Below are positions 49,901 to 62,910 of a stretch of DNA of 64,000 nucleotides, piece by piece. The first letter of the stretch is position 1. Every line of letters begins with the position of its first letter. The stretch covers positions 79,112,001 through 79,176,000 of the forward strand of contig NW_026262690.1 in the NCBI RefSeq assembly GCF_021869535.1. The letters run 5' to 3'. Source of the DNA: Mytilus californianus. Taxonomy: Eukaryota. The position numbers and the translations under genes are program-made. A model generated the notes under the pieces. The model had not been told where the DNA came from. It made no database searches and saw only the letters and a program-made list of their open reading frames with translations.

Positions 49901-52900
49901 AACCCCAAGGGTTGAATTGATTCTAGAACTATGGTTATCCCTTGATTTTTGCATCCTATCAATTATACCCATGTTAAAGAGGGTTATTGGCTTTGCGTGA
50001 TGTATAAATACGCAGTCACGTCCTTTTGGAATGGTGCAATTAAACCCTTTCTTGGGAAGAGTGTCACGCTCTCTGTACGTTAAAAAACCATGGCAACATC
50101 TCCGAGGGATTCATAGATGGCCCGTTACAAGATAAAACTCCTTCCCTTCTCCAATATACCGTTATTTTCCATTGGCAGTTCAAATTCCCGCTTTTTATAC
50201 ATGTCAGCTTCTTACGATCACGTGTACGTAGTGTCGACTGTAGAACCAATGAAGTTTGAGTTCTCATGATTTTGCTAGGGTTGTTTTTTGAATATGAATT
50301 AAATAGTTTATTTTAAACCAGAAGCAAAAAGTAAAATAACAAAAATACCGAACTCAAAGGAAAATTCAAAACGGAAAGTCCCTTAACAAATGGCAAAATC
50401 AAAACCTCAATCACATCAAACGAATGGAAAACAACTCATGTTCCTGACTTGGTACAGGCATTTCCTTATATAGAAAATAGCGGATTAAACCTGGTTTTCA
50501 GCTTATAGGATGTACATGTACATTATAACAGAGGAAATCTCATTTTGTGAAATCACGATTAGGATAACATGTTTTGGCATGTCGTATCAAATGACATATG
50601 TAAACGCTATAGGGTATGTGGGGTAGTCGAAAATATGAAGTTTAGAAATCATCACGTTTACTATTGATCTAAGTTTTTAAGTTCTCACAAAAATATAAAA
50701 TGTGTAGAAAACAATAGATTAATCGGTGAAAATATAAAATTATAAAATCAGCTTATCTGATATTGAAATTAAATGATGCAAGATGTTTTGTTTTTAAAAA
50801 GGTTTTGAATAACCTCTGATTCATTTCATTACACTATCAAGTGAGAAAAGTTCCTGTTCATCAATTTTTGTAACTGTATATAACTTAAGTTTACAACTTT
50901 CTCAGTCAAAATTTAACCTTAGACTTATTTTGGTTGTCTTGTTATTGCATTTTTGGTTTTACCTTAGACTTATTTTGGTTGTCTTGTTATTGTATTTTTG
51001 GTTTTATGCTCAATTTTTCCTTCATATTTTTTTTTTTTGGTTTTCCAAACTTTCACTTTCTAGCATTCCCGATAATTTTTTTATACCAGAGACTAATGTA
51101 TCAATTTATCATTTATAGCTTAGGTATTTTAAAAACTGTTTCCAAAGTTCTTGAAGCCATGTAAAAGATTTTTTTTTCTGACAATTGATTTTATTCAATT
51201 AGTTTACTTTATATTGTGAATTTCAGAGTGTCCAGTTTCCATGTGAAGGATTTAGATTAAACAAGAACGCAACAAACGGTAATGAATATTTTTACACAGA
51301 TTGTTTATGACTATGTATTCTTTCAATATTATACCACTATCTGGCAGAATATTTCCAACCTGTTTTTGTCTCTTTAAAAGTCTTTTTCAATTAAAAAAAA
51401 TATGTGTAAATCTATTTTATAGCTTGTTACCAAATGTATTTTTTGAAGAGCTAGATATAGTTTGATAAGTTCGAATTGGATCCTTATTTTGAATTGTAAA
51501 CAAATGGTGGATGGATAGATTGATTGGTATTAAACGTCCAGTTGCAAATGTTAGATATATATATACAAGGACGATAACGTGTTAATGTGATGTGAACCCT
51601 CCTTTGTACGGGACCGACAAGCTGGGTCGGATTTTTTTAACATACTAGTTTACAAGGTAACAGTCTGCAGTAGGTCATGTCACCCAAACCAGACACGTTA
51701 TTCTGATTTCTTGTCGACCAGTTTTTGTTTTTACTCCTTAATGCCGCGTGCATAGCAGTAAGCAGATAATACCAGTTTTCTAGTCTTTGGTATGATGACC
51801 TGGCTGGGTTAATTTTGATTAGAACATGACCTCGTTATTGAGCTGGTAAACACGATTCCACGACACTGCCGAGGCGGTTGAAACAGACGAGTGCATTATA
51901 CTTACACTGTTTACCAACTTTAATAAACAGTGTCATCATGTATTCAAAAACCATAGATTTATTTTTATTACGCGCTTTAAAAGTTACAAAGTCGAAAATA
52001 TGATGCTCTAGATAAAAGATGCATGTACCCGGTGTATACATGTATCTGTTTAACTGGTTATGTAGATAAATGTACTATCAAAATACACTATCTCAAAGGT
52101 CAGATAGTGTATAGATATTAGTAACCATTGAAAACACTTCTATTTTTACTTTTTAATTACATTATACGGTACTTATATATTTTACTACACCCGATGCACA
52201 TTTAGACCATTAATATGTATTTGAAAAACCAAATCCTAGTTTGTATTATGAGACAGGGTCCGTCGTGAAATCTTTGTGGACTAACAATTCACCATTAGAG
52301 GTATCGAGCAAGAAGTACCAATTACATTTAACGGTACAAATTTTTACTTATAGGACAAGGTTCACTTTAGGCCGTAAATGGCCTTGAATTTCAACTTTAT
52401 CATAACATTTCAAAATGACCATAATTTGGTTCTTAAATGGGTCTACTTCAAAAGTCTTACTCCATTCTGCACCAAATACTCATTTCGACAATAAATGTCT
52501 CCTTAGTGATGATTGAGGACAAAATATTTGAAAATCCAAATCTTATTTAAAAAAAAGTTTTCCCAAAAGTTGGAATGCAGATGTGTTTTGAATAAAATAC
52601 TATAATATCAACATGCTATGCCGAAGAATGTTTATTACGAGACATTCAAGACTTAAATGTGCAAAATTTAGTTTAGTTGTAAAACTATAGTATGGAAAAT
52701 TGAAAATTAATTTTTATATCGTATGTTCGGGGAAAACAGACAAATACTGGAGTGAAAACGTGTATACTTGGAAAAAATGTCCATGGCTACTTTAAATATT
52801 TATCTTCCTTACATCCCTGTTATTTTTCCAGTCGTCCAAACAAATCTATAAGTAAAATTTCAATGGTAAGAACATGTAGTGACTTTATTTTGTAAACCTG

Positions 52901-55900
52901 AAAGTCAAGGGCAACAACGTAGAGAGACAAGATAGTACTAGAATGTTGCTTCTAAGTATGGTTGAGATGATAATCAGGAAAACTGGTATCTCGGCGTTGT
53001 TTCATTGGTCTTAGTTTGGTATCGTGGGGTTGTTTCATTGATATAAGTCTGGTATCTTTTCGTTGTTTCATTGGTCTTAGTTTGGTATCTTCTAGTTTTT
53101 TTAAGAAAAAAAAGAAAACTACTGAGACGAGATTCTATCAGTTTTGGTTGTCGTAAAAGGAGGGAAGGAAAATAGTTACAGCATCTACTAGAAAATCCCG
53201 TTTTGAGAATGATATTCAATAAATTACCCTGTGCATTTCGTTTTCTTTTTTCAGTTCATGAATTGACACCAGCTGACATTAACGTGGTTGCTGCCATTGG
53301 TGACTCAATTACAGTAAGTAAAATATTATTAAAAATACCATTGTTTTCAACGTGATGTCTGGTGTTGACTCTTGTAAGCTTTCCAATTCCTATTTAGAAC
53401 TGACTATATGTTTGTGAAGTTAATACACCGTTGTAGATGGTTGTTATATCATATATTTCGATTAGTAATTTTTTGTGCTATTATCCTACTATTTATTTTA
53501 TCCAAATTAATGTATTTGTGGAATACTGTTTGTGATTTAAAGTGAGTACACAATGTCAAACTTTTTCCGTAGTTGTTCATCACGAGGTTTAACAAATACC
53601 GTTATGCAAAAAAAGTGATTTCCTGTGTCAGGGTGCAATTCGCCCATTTGGTAAACTGAAGTAGCGTTTAATTGATAAAAAATCTCTCAACGCAACTGCT
53701 CTTACTAACGTTTAAGTTCAAGTGATTCCGATTTTTTAAATCCTAAATTTATAAATATATTCATGAAGAGCATTCGTGCAGGCATCTAAGTTTGTAAACT
53801 AACTGCACACGAAAAACACCAATCTATGCCATGTTACAATATGGATAAAGACTAGCAAGACTGGTCTAATAATAAAAATCGTCATGTAATGTTCGATCTC
53901 AAGACGTTTTGAAGACGACAGTGTACACTCTGTATTTTCTGTATTTTAAAAATCTGCAGAATTATTTAAATATTCGTTCTATATTTTACTCAAGGCTGGA
54001 ACTGGAATTACAGCAAAAACACCTATTGGACTACTGAGGCAAGACAGGGGACTTTCCTGGAGGTAACATATGACATCAAATATATTGATCAAATTATTTT
54101 TTATATATAAAATTTTGGGTTTTCGCTAGGTATTATAGTCAACAATTTCCATTATAGATTTGTGGTTTCGTGTTTCGAAGGATAAAGAGTGTCATAGATG
54201 TAAAGGGAATATGTGTAGTTTATTTTTCCAATAAATTTTATTTACTAATCGTAGTTTGATGGCATTCAAATGTTTGTATCAGTAATTGAATTGATGAAAA
54301 CAGAAATTGGCATGAACAGTCAACCTATAATAAACTCATCATAGATACCAGGATTAAAATTGTGTACGGTGAGTTTTAAAAAAATGATGTCACTAAGAAA
54401 CAGTTGTTTATTTCAGTGTTGGTGGCGATGGCAGTGTTGATGAACATATAACACTAGCAAGTAAGATTAAAGTACTTTGCGACGGCAAAATTTTTATCAC
54501 TTACAAATCGACATTTTTTTTTGCATTTCAGCCAAAAAAAAAAAAAAACCTACAGAATATGGTATACAATTTTACATTACACATAACACATGTGGACACC
54601 TTGAAACCAAAGTTAGACATATCGAGATTGGCGCATGCGAATCAATTGTACATATTTCTTAATAATCTTTAAAGGAAACACTCAAATTTTAAGCAAATGT
54701 GTCAATGTTAACAAACAATTCATTCAAAGAAATAGAATAGTGCAGTAACAGGAAAAAAACAAAAATGTTTACGCACAAGGATGTGGTTTAAGAACTTGCG
54801 TAGTAAAAGTAATATGATAAACTTTTGCAGGCTAAACCATTACTTTACGATACAACTGAATTACGCCAAATGGAATACACAGAATGACCATGACTACAGT
54901 GAAAATTAACAAATAGTTTTAAGAAATAAGATAAAAGATTCGACCAATTATCAAAAGGAAACACTCAAATCAATTTAAGCAAGCATTCTGATACTTTCTA
55001 TCTATGTTTTTGTCATTATTTAGATATGCTGAAACGATATAATCCAAATTTGGTAGGATTTTCTGTCGGAAGTGGTGATTTTGAAAGTGAAAATGCTCAT
55101 TTAAACGTGGCAGATCCAGGAAATGAGGCCAGGTTTGTTCATTATATATCAAGAAGAAATAGAAAAAAATACCAGTTCCAAAATATATAATCATTTAGCT
55201 GTTGTTCACTGTGCTACTGCCACATAATTGTATTTTAAAAGATTGCCGCAAAATCCAATTAAACTAACAAAGCAGGAATATCAACTAATAATTTCAGAAC
55301 AACTGTACACTGACTGTTATTGTCATGACTGACTATTATTGTCATCGGTAAACTACTGTTGCATATATTGGGCAACTTCAATGTTAAAAAATTTCTGTAC
55401 TTTGGCTTTCCTACCACTTGTAAATGAACAGAAAGTGGTATATTAATCTTTTTTTTTTAGAAGATATAATTTTTTATAAATATATTGGATATACCATAGA
55501 GACTTTGGATATCTTTCAAAATGAACTTCCAAAAGCTTTTGTTAATGTTGTGGAAGTTTTAGATATCGAGACACATACCATTACTAGAATGAAATGATCT
55601 TGTAATAACAGATCATTCCATCCACATATTACATATTGTATAAACAAGTACTAAATATGAAAAATTTAGAATTTCAAATAAACAGAATATATACTGTATT
55701 TAACTGTCCATGACATTTTGCAGTAATAACAAAACATTTGCTCAGGAAGTAATTCAGTTATCCAACTCAGACGACCAAGAACTGATTATAAAAATTAAAC
55801 TTTAACTCTTATTTGGGCAACTGTTAAATGATGTATATAAACAAGATTTATTTTGAAATCACTGTAACATAATAAGGGTTGTAATTTGTAATTTATCTTA

Positions 55901-58900
55901 CACTACCATTCATTTTGAGGTTGTAACATTACTATGTTATATGGGTAATAAGTAGCAAATCGTAATGTGAGGTAAGAATTCACTTAACTCAAGTAAAAAT
56001 CGTAATATTTTTTTTCTCTTTAGAAACATGCCATTCCAAGCAAGATTGTTGGTAGATCGAATGAAATCTGGCAAAGAAGGAGTTGACTTCGTGAATGACT
56101 GGAAAGTTATTACAATGTTCATTGGTGGGAATGATCTGTGTGACTATTGTGGTGACAGGGTAAACAATTAAAATAACAATGAAATAGATATTTATTGCTG
56201 AATGAGATGAATGATAAATATTTCCATAATTTTCTGAAATATGTAATAATTTGAAAACTGCATTGGTCAGTGATTGGTAATCATATTTTTTTAACAACAT
56301 CTCACCATCATAATAAAATATAAATAACTTATTTTTAGTAAGACGGACGTTTCTAATGAAAACTTTAAAAAAAGTATCATCAGAAGTGCTAATATCAAAT
56401 AGAAAGCAGATGATTAAAAACATACGGAGCTATATAAACAAAATGGGGGTAGGAACTTGAGGCTAGAATTTGATGACCAAGGAACACATTCCAAAATAAG
56501 CAACATTTTGCATGGTTATTATGTTAAATTCATTTTTTCTAGTACAAAGTTCACTACATATCCATATAACTATAAAAATATAAAAATATAAAAAGGAGAT
56601 ATGATATGATTGCTCATGTGAACCATCCATTTTCATCTTTCCACTCTTTCCTTGTTCCATCCAAATGACGATAATGACCTTTACATGATATGGTTTTGTT
56701 CTGCGAGCACACTATTTAGTAACATTAACAGTTCCAATTTCACTGCCCCAGATGAATTAATGTCTGAATATTTGAAATTTAATCTCCATTACATGGTGTA
56801 ATACAATACCTTATCTTATGTTTAACCGTGGATTTTAATAGTTGATCTTACAATAATATAAAATTTTTGGTTGTTAAACTGTCATTTAGTTTTAAAGCTC
56901 TTAACAAAGAAATAACGTATTAATGAGGGGCTATAAAAATATCACTCGTTGAAAGACGGGAGACCACATGATAAAAAGAAAAACGAAACAACAAAATATT
57001 ACAAAGAAATCTGAAATCGGACAACACAACAAATCAATCACCTGCTAGAACTCAGATGCCTGACTCTAAATATAGTGCACTCATTGCAAGTAAAACTGCT
57101 TTTTAAAGTCAAACAAGACCAACTATTAAAATGCTTGATAAAACATTAAGATATTGTTATTATTTCTCCTCGAAATAGAGATCCTATTTTAAATTATTCA
57201 ATTTGTCTTATTTTGAATTTAATTCTGCAGCCAGAATATACAGTACAAAAATATATTGGATTTATCACAGAGGCATTGGATATCTTCCACAAAGAAGTCC
57301 CAAAAGCTTTTGTTAATGTGGTGGAGGTTTTAGATATTGGCAATGTACCATTACTAAACGAAAACTTGGTTTGTGATACACTTCACTAGTAAGTATGACT
57401 AGAAGAATATATGCAGCTACTGTGGTAAAAGAAAAAGAAATGTATGTTTGATATTACAGAACTGACATAACTAAAAATAATGGATATCAACGACATAAAC
57501 TCAAACCAATGGTGTAAATAAGGTTTCCCTATCCAGTGAGATGTAGAGCATCTATGAAGTTCTTATTAACATTATAGTTGTATTTTAACGTTCCAAACAA
57601 CATTTAAAAAGTGAAGAAATCTTAATAAACATAAGTATAAAAGTCTTGAATGGCGTAGCAATCCGAATGGTAGATACAAATGTCCTCATATATATTTGGT
57701 CCTTATTGTTTTCACATATCATGGATTTTCTTGAACAATGCTTTTCTACAAAACTGGGAATCGAAGATGAACATTCCTAATTTTAAAAGGTCGTGAATAA
57801 TCTTCTTTTGTGAAGAACTTCTGGGAAATCTTTCCCAAAGACGAAACGAAAAACACCTTGCCAAGCTCTTTGATTTGATTTCAAGATTTAATGATAGTGT
57901 CTCGTCTCTCATAACCCATACCTCAGTATATTTATCTCAATTAATACGTTCCGGTTGACCGGTAAGATGTGTTTGTGTCTTAACATATTGGCGACATGTT
58001 TTTGCAGTCTTTAATCTTGCGATTGTGGAATAGTCTGACCTGTAAATTTTCCTATTGTGTCCTTTTCCATATTTTGACACTTTAATGCATGGGGATTTCC
58101 GTGGCTGGTGATGAATGCAAAGCAGAAGTCGATGCATCTGGTCCACCTCCTTTTGAAGTTTATTGGATTCCCTCGTTTTTTTTAACTTCAATTGGATGTT
58201 CTGAATGGTGTTTGCAAAATTTTCACATTGGTAGCTATTGTTGTCTCTAATTTTAGAACTATTTGCACTTCGGTGTTATTTTTTTCATTTGATATATACT
58301 TCAATACACATTTTACGGTATGTAGTAAGTCACTAGTAACCTTCATCTTGTAAAATTTAAGCCAGGCCTTAGGGAACAATATAATAGGCTAATTTGTCTA
58401 TTGTCAAGTTGGTCTGAGGGAGATGTAAACGTAGTATAAGTATATTTACATTATTTATGAACAAAAATGATCATACTTACATTTTTAATTTTCCCAGCTT
58501 TACATGTAGATGTGGTGCCTTTCCTGGAGATAATAAGGATGAACTAAAAGCTCTGGTTATTCAATACCAGAATGGTTTGGAGGATTTAGTACACTCTGGA
58601 CGTTATGATACCAGAGATGATTTCACTGTTGTCAATCAACCATTCCTTTCTGAAACAAAAATACCAGTCAACGTAAGTATTGACAAAAAATTTTGAAAAG
58701 TTTTGCCAAATACGGCTTTGGATATCTATTTCTGATGAAAAAAACCTTAGTGTTACGAAAATATCAGAATGTTATCAACAGTTAATTTATAGAAACTGCT
58801 ATTATCAATGTAATTTCATGTAAACACACAAATGCTGACTACTAGGCTTTGATATGCTAGCGTGGAAAGCAACATACACAAGGCCAACAATAACAATCAA

Positions 58901-60945
58901 AGTTATGAAGTTTCCCTCAAGCACAGTTCACTGAAGGTGGATTAGGCTATTCTTTTATTTCCCTTTTTGTCATATAGCTTTTCAAGTATTTTTCATCCTT
59001 GACCTTAATTTTTTTGGTTTGAGCGTTCTTGGTGATTGTAAATCCAGAAAAGCGCTTCAAACCCAATCAAATTAGTAGTAGAATTTCCATTCATTGCCCT
59101 AATAATGCATGTACCTCTTCTGCAAAAGTAAATGGAAAATAGCATTTAGTAAATTGTATGCGTCCGAAGCGGTTCTCTTGATTTACCTTCATCAAAAGGG
59201 ACCTAATAATAGTAACCAAATACATCTAAGACAAACTTATATCACTTCCTTTTCTAAAGAAATCATTTTTCAAATGAATTGTTATAAGTTTTCAAATAAA
59301 GTACCTTTGTTTCTTATGTTTAGGATGATAATTCTACTGATTTGGATTATTTTGCACCGGATTGTTTTCACTTCAGCGAGCTTGGACAAGAAGTTGCAGC
59401 TAGTGCACTTTGGGATAACATGGTAAGACATATTAAAATAATTGTGTTTGATTACGTCTGCTTATTTTGATTTCATGAAAATCGTCAAAAAAATGGATAA
59501 AAGTAAGATTGTATGACAATTTCTTTAGTGTAATACATAGAACCATACCTTTAACAGAAACATTCCAATTCACTTAAAAGTTCTTTGTGATATTGCATAT
59601 ATGTCTTACTTATGTAAAATGAATAAGCACTGAATCAAGTTTCATAAAAAATACAGTCAAGACGAAACAGTCTTATGTTTAGTTAGCTATAAAACTAGGT
59701 TTCGTCCATTGTCTTCGGTAACCGCCTGTACGAAGTCGGGAATATTGTTTTCTAGTCGTCCCGTTGGTAGATATAGTCGAGCGTCTTGTTTTTTCAGAGT
59801 TATGGACTTTCCTTTCGAATATACCTTGGAATTCGACATTTTTGTTAATACATTCTTATGTAGGAATGTTCTATCAAACAGAAAAAATCTTGACCTTATA
59901 CTATTGTAACTGAATCATACGCAGTTTATTCAAAATGTCAGGGTTATGAGCACCATGCAACTTAATTTGATACATACCCGAAGCGTTGGAGTAGCAACAA
60001 TGGACGTATGGTCATATGAACGGTTTATGCTTTAACCAAACTTCTCTACAGTGTGGTACTTCTGTAAGGATAAAAAAAATACAAGAAGATATGGTATGAT
60101 TTCCAATGAGACAACGCTCCACCCGAGACAAAATGACATAGAAGCTAAGAACTATAGGTCACCGTATACCGGGTTCATTTCATAAAAAAGTAATTTGACC
60201 AGATGCTGTCAGTTTGATTTGAATATCTGAAATAGCCCAAAAAATTGTGAATTGAAAAAAAACTTGAATAATTTTTCAAATGATTTTCTTCCTTGTATCT
60301 GATTTTCTTATACTGCTATCTTGTATGTTTTCAATTTTTCCTTCTTTATTTTTCATTCAAGATTGAACCAGTAGGACAAAAAAGAACATACTGGAGACCA
60401 GGAGAACCAACAGAATGTCCTGATACTGTAAGTTTATTGATCTCATAATTATAATTTTGCTACTAACAAAAAAAGCAATCATTAATGGATTTGGTGGTCT
60501 CGTTTCTCACTTGCCACGTAATAGTCCTGCTCAAGTTTGAAGTTACATATTCAGTAATTCAAATTTCAACTACAGTAATTATGTATTGCGATTTTGTTAT
60601 CTGAAGTAGGTAATTTAGAAATCTTTATAAAGTGGTTAAATTGGGTTTTTTCTCTTGCTTCAGGAAGAACCATATTTCTATACAAAGAAAAATAGTCAAC
60701 GTCAACGAGTACAAGGCTTTGGTTCTTACCGTCAACAGACCAGACAAGAAAACAGACAGCCAGACGAAAACAATAAAACTCATCAAATTAGTAGCACGTC
60801 TGTTTCAGGGATTGTCATAGGTGCTGTGTGCATTATAATTGTAGTTTCACTTTCAGTTTACTACCTCAAACAAAGACGAAAACACAATAGTGTAGAGAGA
60901 TACCAACTGCTGCAAGGGTTATCTCCTAATTACACTGAAATATAA
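46962..60945 (+). CDS. PLB1: Phospholipase B1-like, membrane-anchored, single SGNH domain (paralog B), 13 exons, 470 aa
   Basis: Exons: 46962-47016, 48934-49043, 51227-51278, 53255-53313, 53995-54062, 54417-54460, 55024-55132, 56024-56159, 57231-57388, 58498-58672, 59324-59422, 60362-60427, 60664-60945. 1413 nt, intron phases identical to paralog A. Motifs [67 protein letters not shown]. Tail [25 protein letters not shown]. Confidence 0.93.
47968..48060. repeat. Near-perfect hairpin, 41-bp arms and 11-nt loop, PLB-B intron 1
   Basis: 47968-48008 pairs with 48020-48060 with a single non-Watson-Crick position (G-U in sense RNA). Confidence 0.9.
49164..49731 (-). mobile_element. Interspersed repeat (AAATT(T/G)AGAATGGAAATGGGGAATGTG... 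family) in PLB-B intron 2
   Basis: Sharp compositional boundaries. Carries the CCTGACTTGG(G/T)ACAGGC core shared with other short elements in the window. Confidence 0.6.
52985..53090. repeat. Tandem repeat, ~3 x 33 bp (TGGTATC...GTTGTTTCATTGGTCTTAGTT)
   Basis: Direct inspection. Other small tandem duplications at 7370-7425 (20 bp) and 50915-51010 (~45 bp x2). Confidence 0.8.
55461..55600 (+). pseudogene. Degenerate copy of PLB-B exon 9 located in intron 7
   Basis: Reads [30 protein letters not shown] versus [30 protein letters not shown] in the real exon. Retains a polypyrimidine-AG acceptor, but has a frameshift, stops and no donor. Confidence 0.85.
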
Positions 60946-62059
60946 ACATTTTGATTAGTCTGGTGCTTTTCATAACTAGAAATGAAACAGCGTAAAGGTA
61001 GTGATATTTGAATTTAATTTTTCTCATTAAAGGATTATTGAAATTATCCAATTATTGTAGACCTTCAAGAAAAGTTGAAAGTATTCTATTTCAAGCACAT
61101 TTCATAGGAAAATATATTTGGCATAACATTTATTTTAAATAATTTATTCTTTTTCTGTTACCAATATTTAACATTTTACTTTTTAAATATCTTGTAAAAC
61201 TAAATATTTACTTAATTTAATGTAAGTGCTAGTGATCCAGTCTTCTTACAATTGAAATATGATTTCACACATCTCCAGTAAGCAATATTTAGAAATTCAC
61301 TGAAAATATATTTAGTTAAAGAGTGCAATGCATCTTCAAGAAAAGACTTTTTTTTTATATTTCGAATGATTCCATTTGTTTCAGTTATTTACTCAAGACA
61401 TTTTTCTTTGATTCATTTATTTTGGTTTAAAAACACTTAGTTTTGTTGAAAAATAGCAATAACCAATATCCTTTAATTTGGATATTAGAAGTATATTTGA
61501 GATACAGCACGTTTTGCATATCAATGGTTCTTAAAAGAAAGGTTGTCTTAGGTAGTGTGAACATATATTTATGCATGCCAGTAATTGTTAATATTATAAA
61601 GCTATTGTTATTTAGTCATAATCAAGACCCATGAGATTATTGTTATTAAAGTAATTTATTGTTTGCATATAATTTGTACTTTTGTACTTTTGTATGTACA
61701 ATGTTCAATTAAATAAAATTTTACACAATACTCATTTTGTTCTTTTATGATATGGAAGACAATTAGCAATATGTGTCATGTTCCTGTTTGGTTAAAAACC
61801 TTAATTTGGCATATATTTTAGAAAGTCTATTATAATTTACATGTTTTTCAAGCTGACAAGACCATGACTTCATGGTAGACCTCTTGAACCAAAACTTTAA
61901 TCTGAGAATGTGTATATTTCACATTATCACTTTTCCATGTACAGTGAACTGCATAATCTGGGTCAAACATTTTTTAACTGCGTTGCCGAAGGCCAGAGCA
62001 CGTCTAGTAACCGCTCGATTCCATCCGTCCGTCTTCTTTGGGTAGAAAACTTTGACGTT

Positions 62060-62910
62060 TTCTTGGCTTCTATTGAAAGGAATGATTTTATATTTGGTCT
62101 GCAGCTTGATAATGATTAGCGGTAGCGTTTAAGCAATTATTACATTATCATAAAATATGAAAACAACACTAAATAAACTTTTAAGTGTCCGAAGCAAATA
62201 TAAAAAAATTAAGAAAGATTTGTTATAAATCATGTCAAGTACAGACTACTGAGCTGGTGATACCACCGGGAATTGATAGTCCACCAGCAGCGGTGTCGAC
62301 CCAGTGTTGTAAAAAATGAAAGCATTTTATAAATTTCATGCGTCCGAAGCGCTTAATTTTCTGGATTTACCTTCACCAGGAACGCTCAAAGCTGAATAGT
62401 TGAAAGCCAATGATGAATAAGACCCGAAACAGTTGAAAAGCTATACGAACAAATGAATGAATATGTGGACAACGTCAAGGTTGCATTTGACGTGCAGTCA
62501 CTTACTGTTTTCCGATAGTTTGAAATTTTACAACACTCACTGAACAAGGAAAACATTCGTCAAAGTCTTCTTGGTTTGTATGGAAGGGAATGATTTTATA
62601 TTCGGTTTGCAGCTTGATAATAATTAGTTATATCTACCGTGCACCCAGTCCCTCTTCCTGTTCGCCGATAGTTTGAACTTTTACAACACTGATTGTACAA
62701 GGATAATTATTTCGTCAAAGTTTTCTTATTCTGTATTAAAGGAAATGAGTTTATATTTGGTATGGAGCTTGATAATGATGAATTGTTGCGTGTAAATATT
62801 TTTACATCGGCTGTGCAGTCACTTCCTGTTTGCTGATAGTTTAAAATTTTACAACACTCATTGTAGAGGAAAATTTTCGTCAGTCTTCTTCTTGCCATTA
62901 ATGCAAGAGA
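62060..62910. repeat. Diverged ~155-bp tandem repeat (3-4 units), split by a hammerhead-family insertion at ~62225-62450
   Basis: GGAATGATTTTATATT(T/C)GGT...GCAGCTTGATAAT at ~62088, ~62584, ~62741. GATAGTTTGAA(A/C)TTTACAACACT at ~62515, ~62667, ~62834. Confidence 0.75.

Noticed and set aside
49745-50270. ORFs 49675..49962 and 50064..50267, and a hammerhead-like CCTGATGA...GAAA near 49790 (-)
   Set aside because: The ORFs cross repeat boundaries with no motif, and the hammerhead stems do not pair.
57712-58379. Three abutting minus-strand ORFs in PLB-B intron 9
   Set aside because: They lie in different frames, with no splice model and no recognisable domain. Could be an old insertion; a tBLASTx search would be needed.
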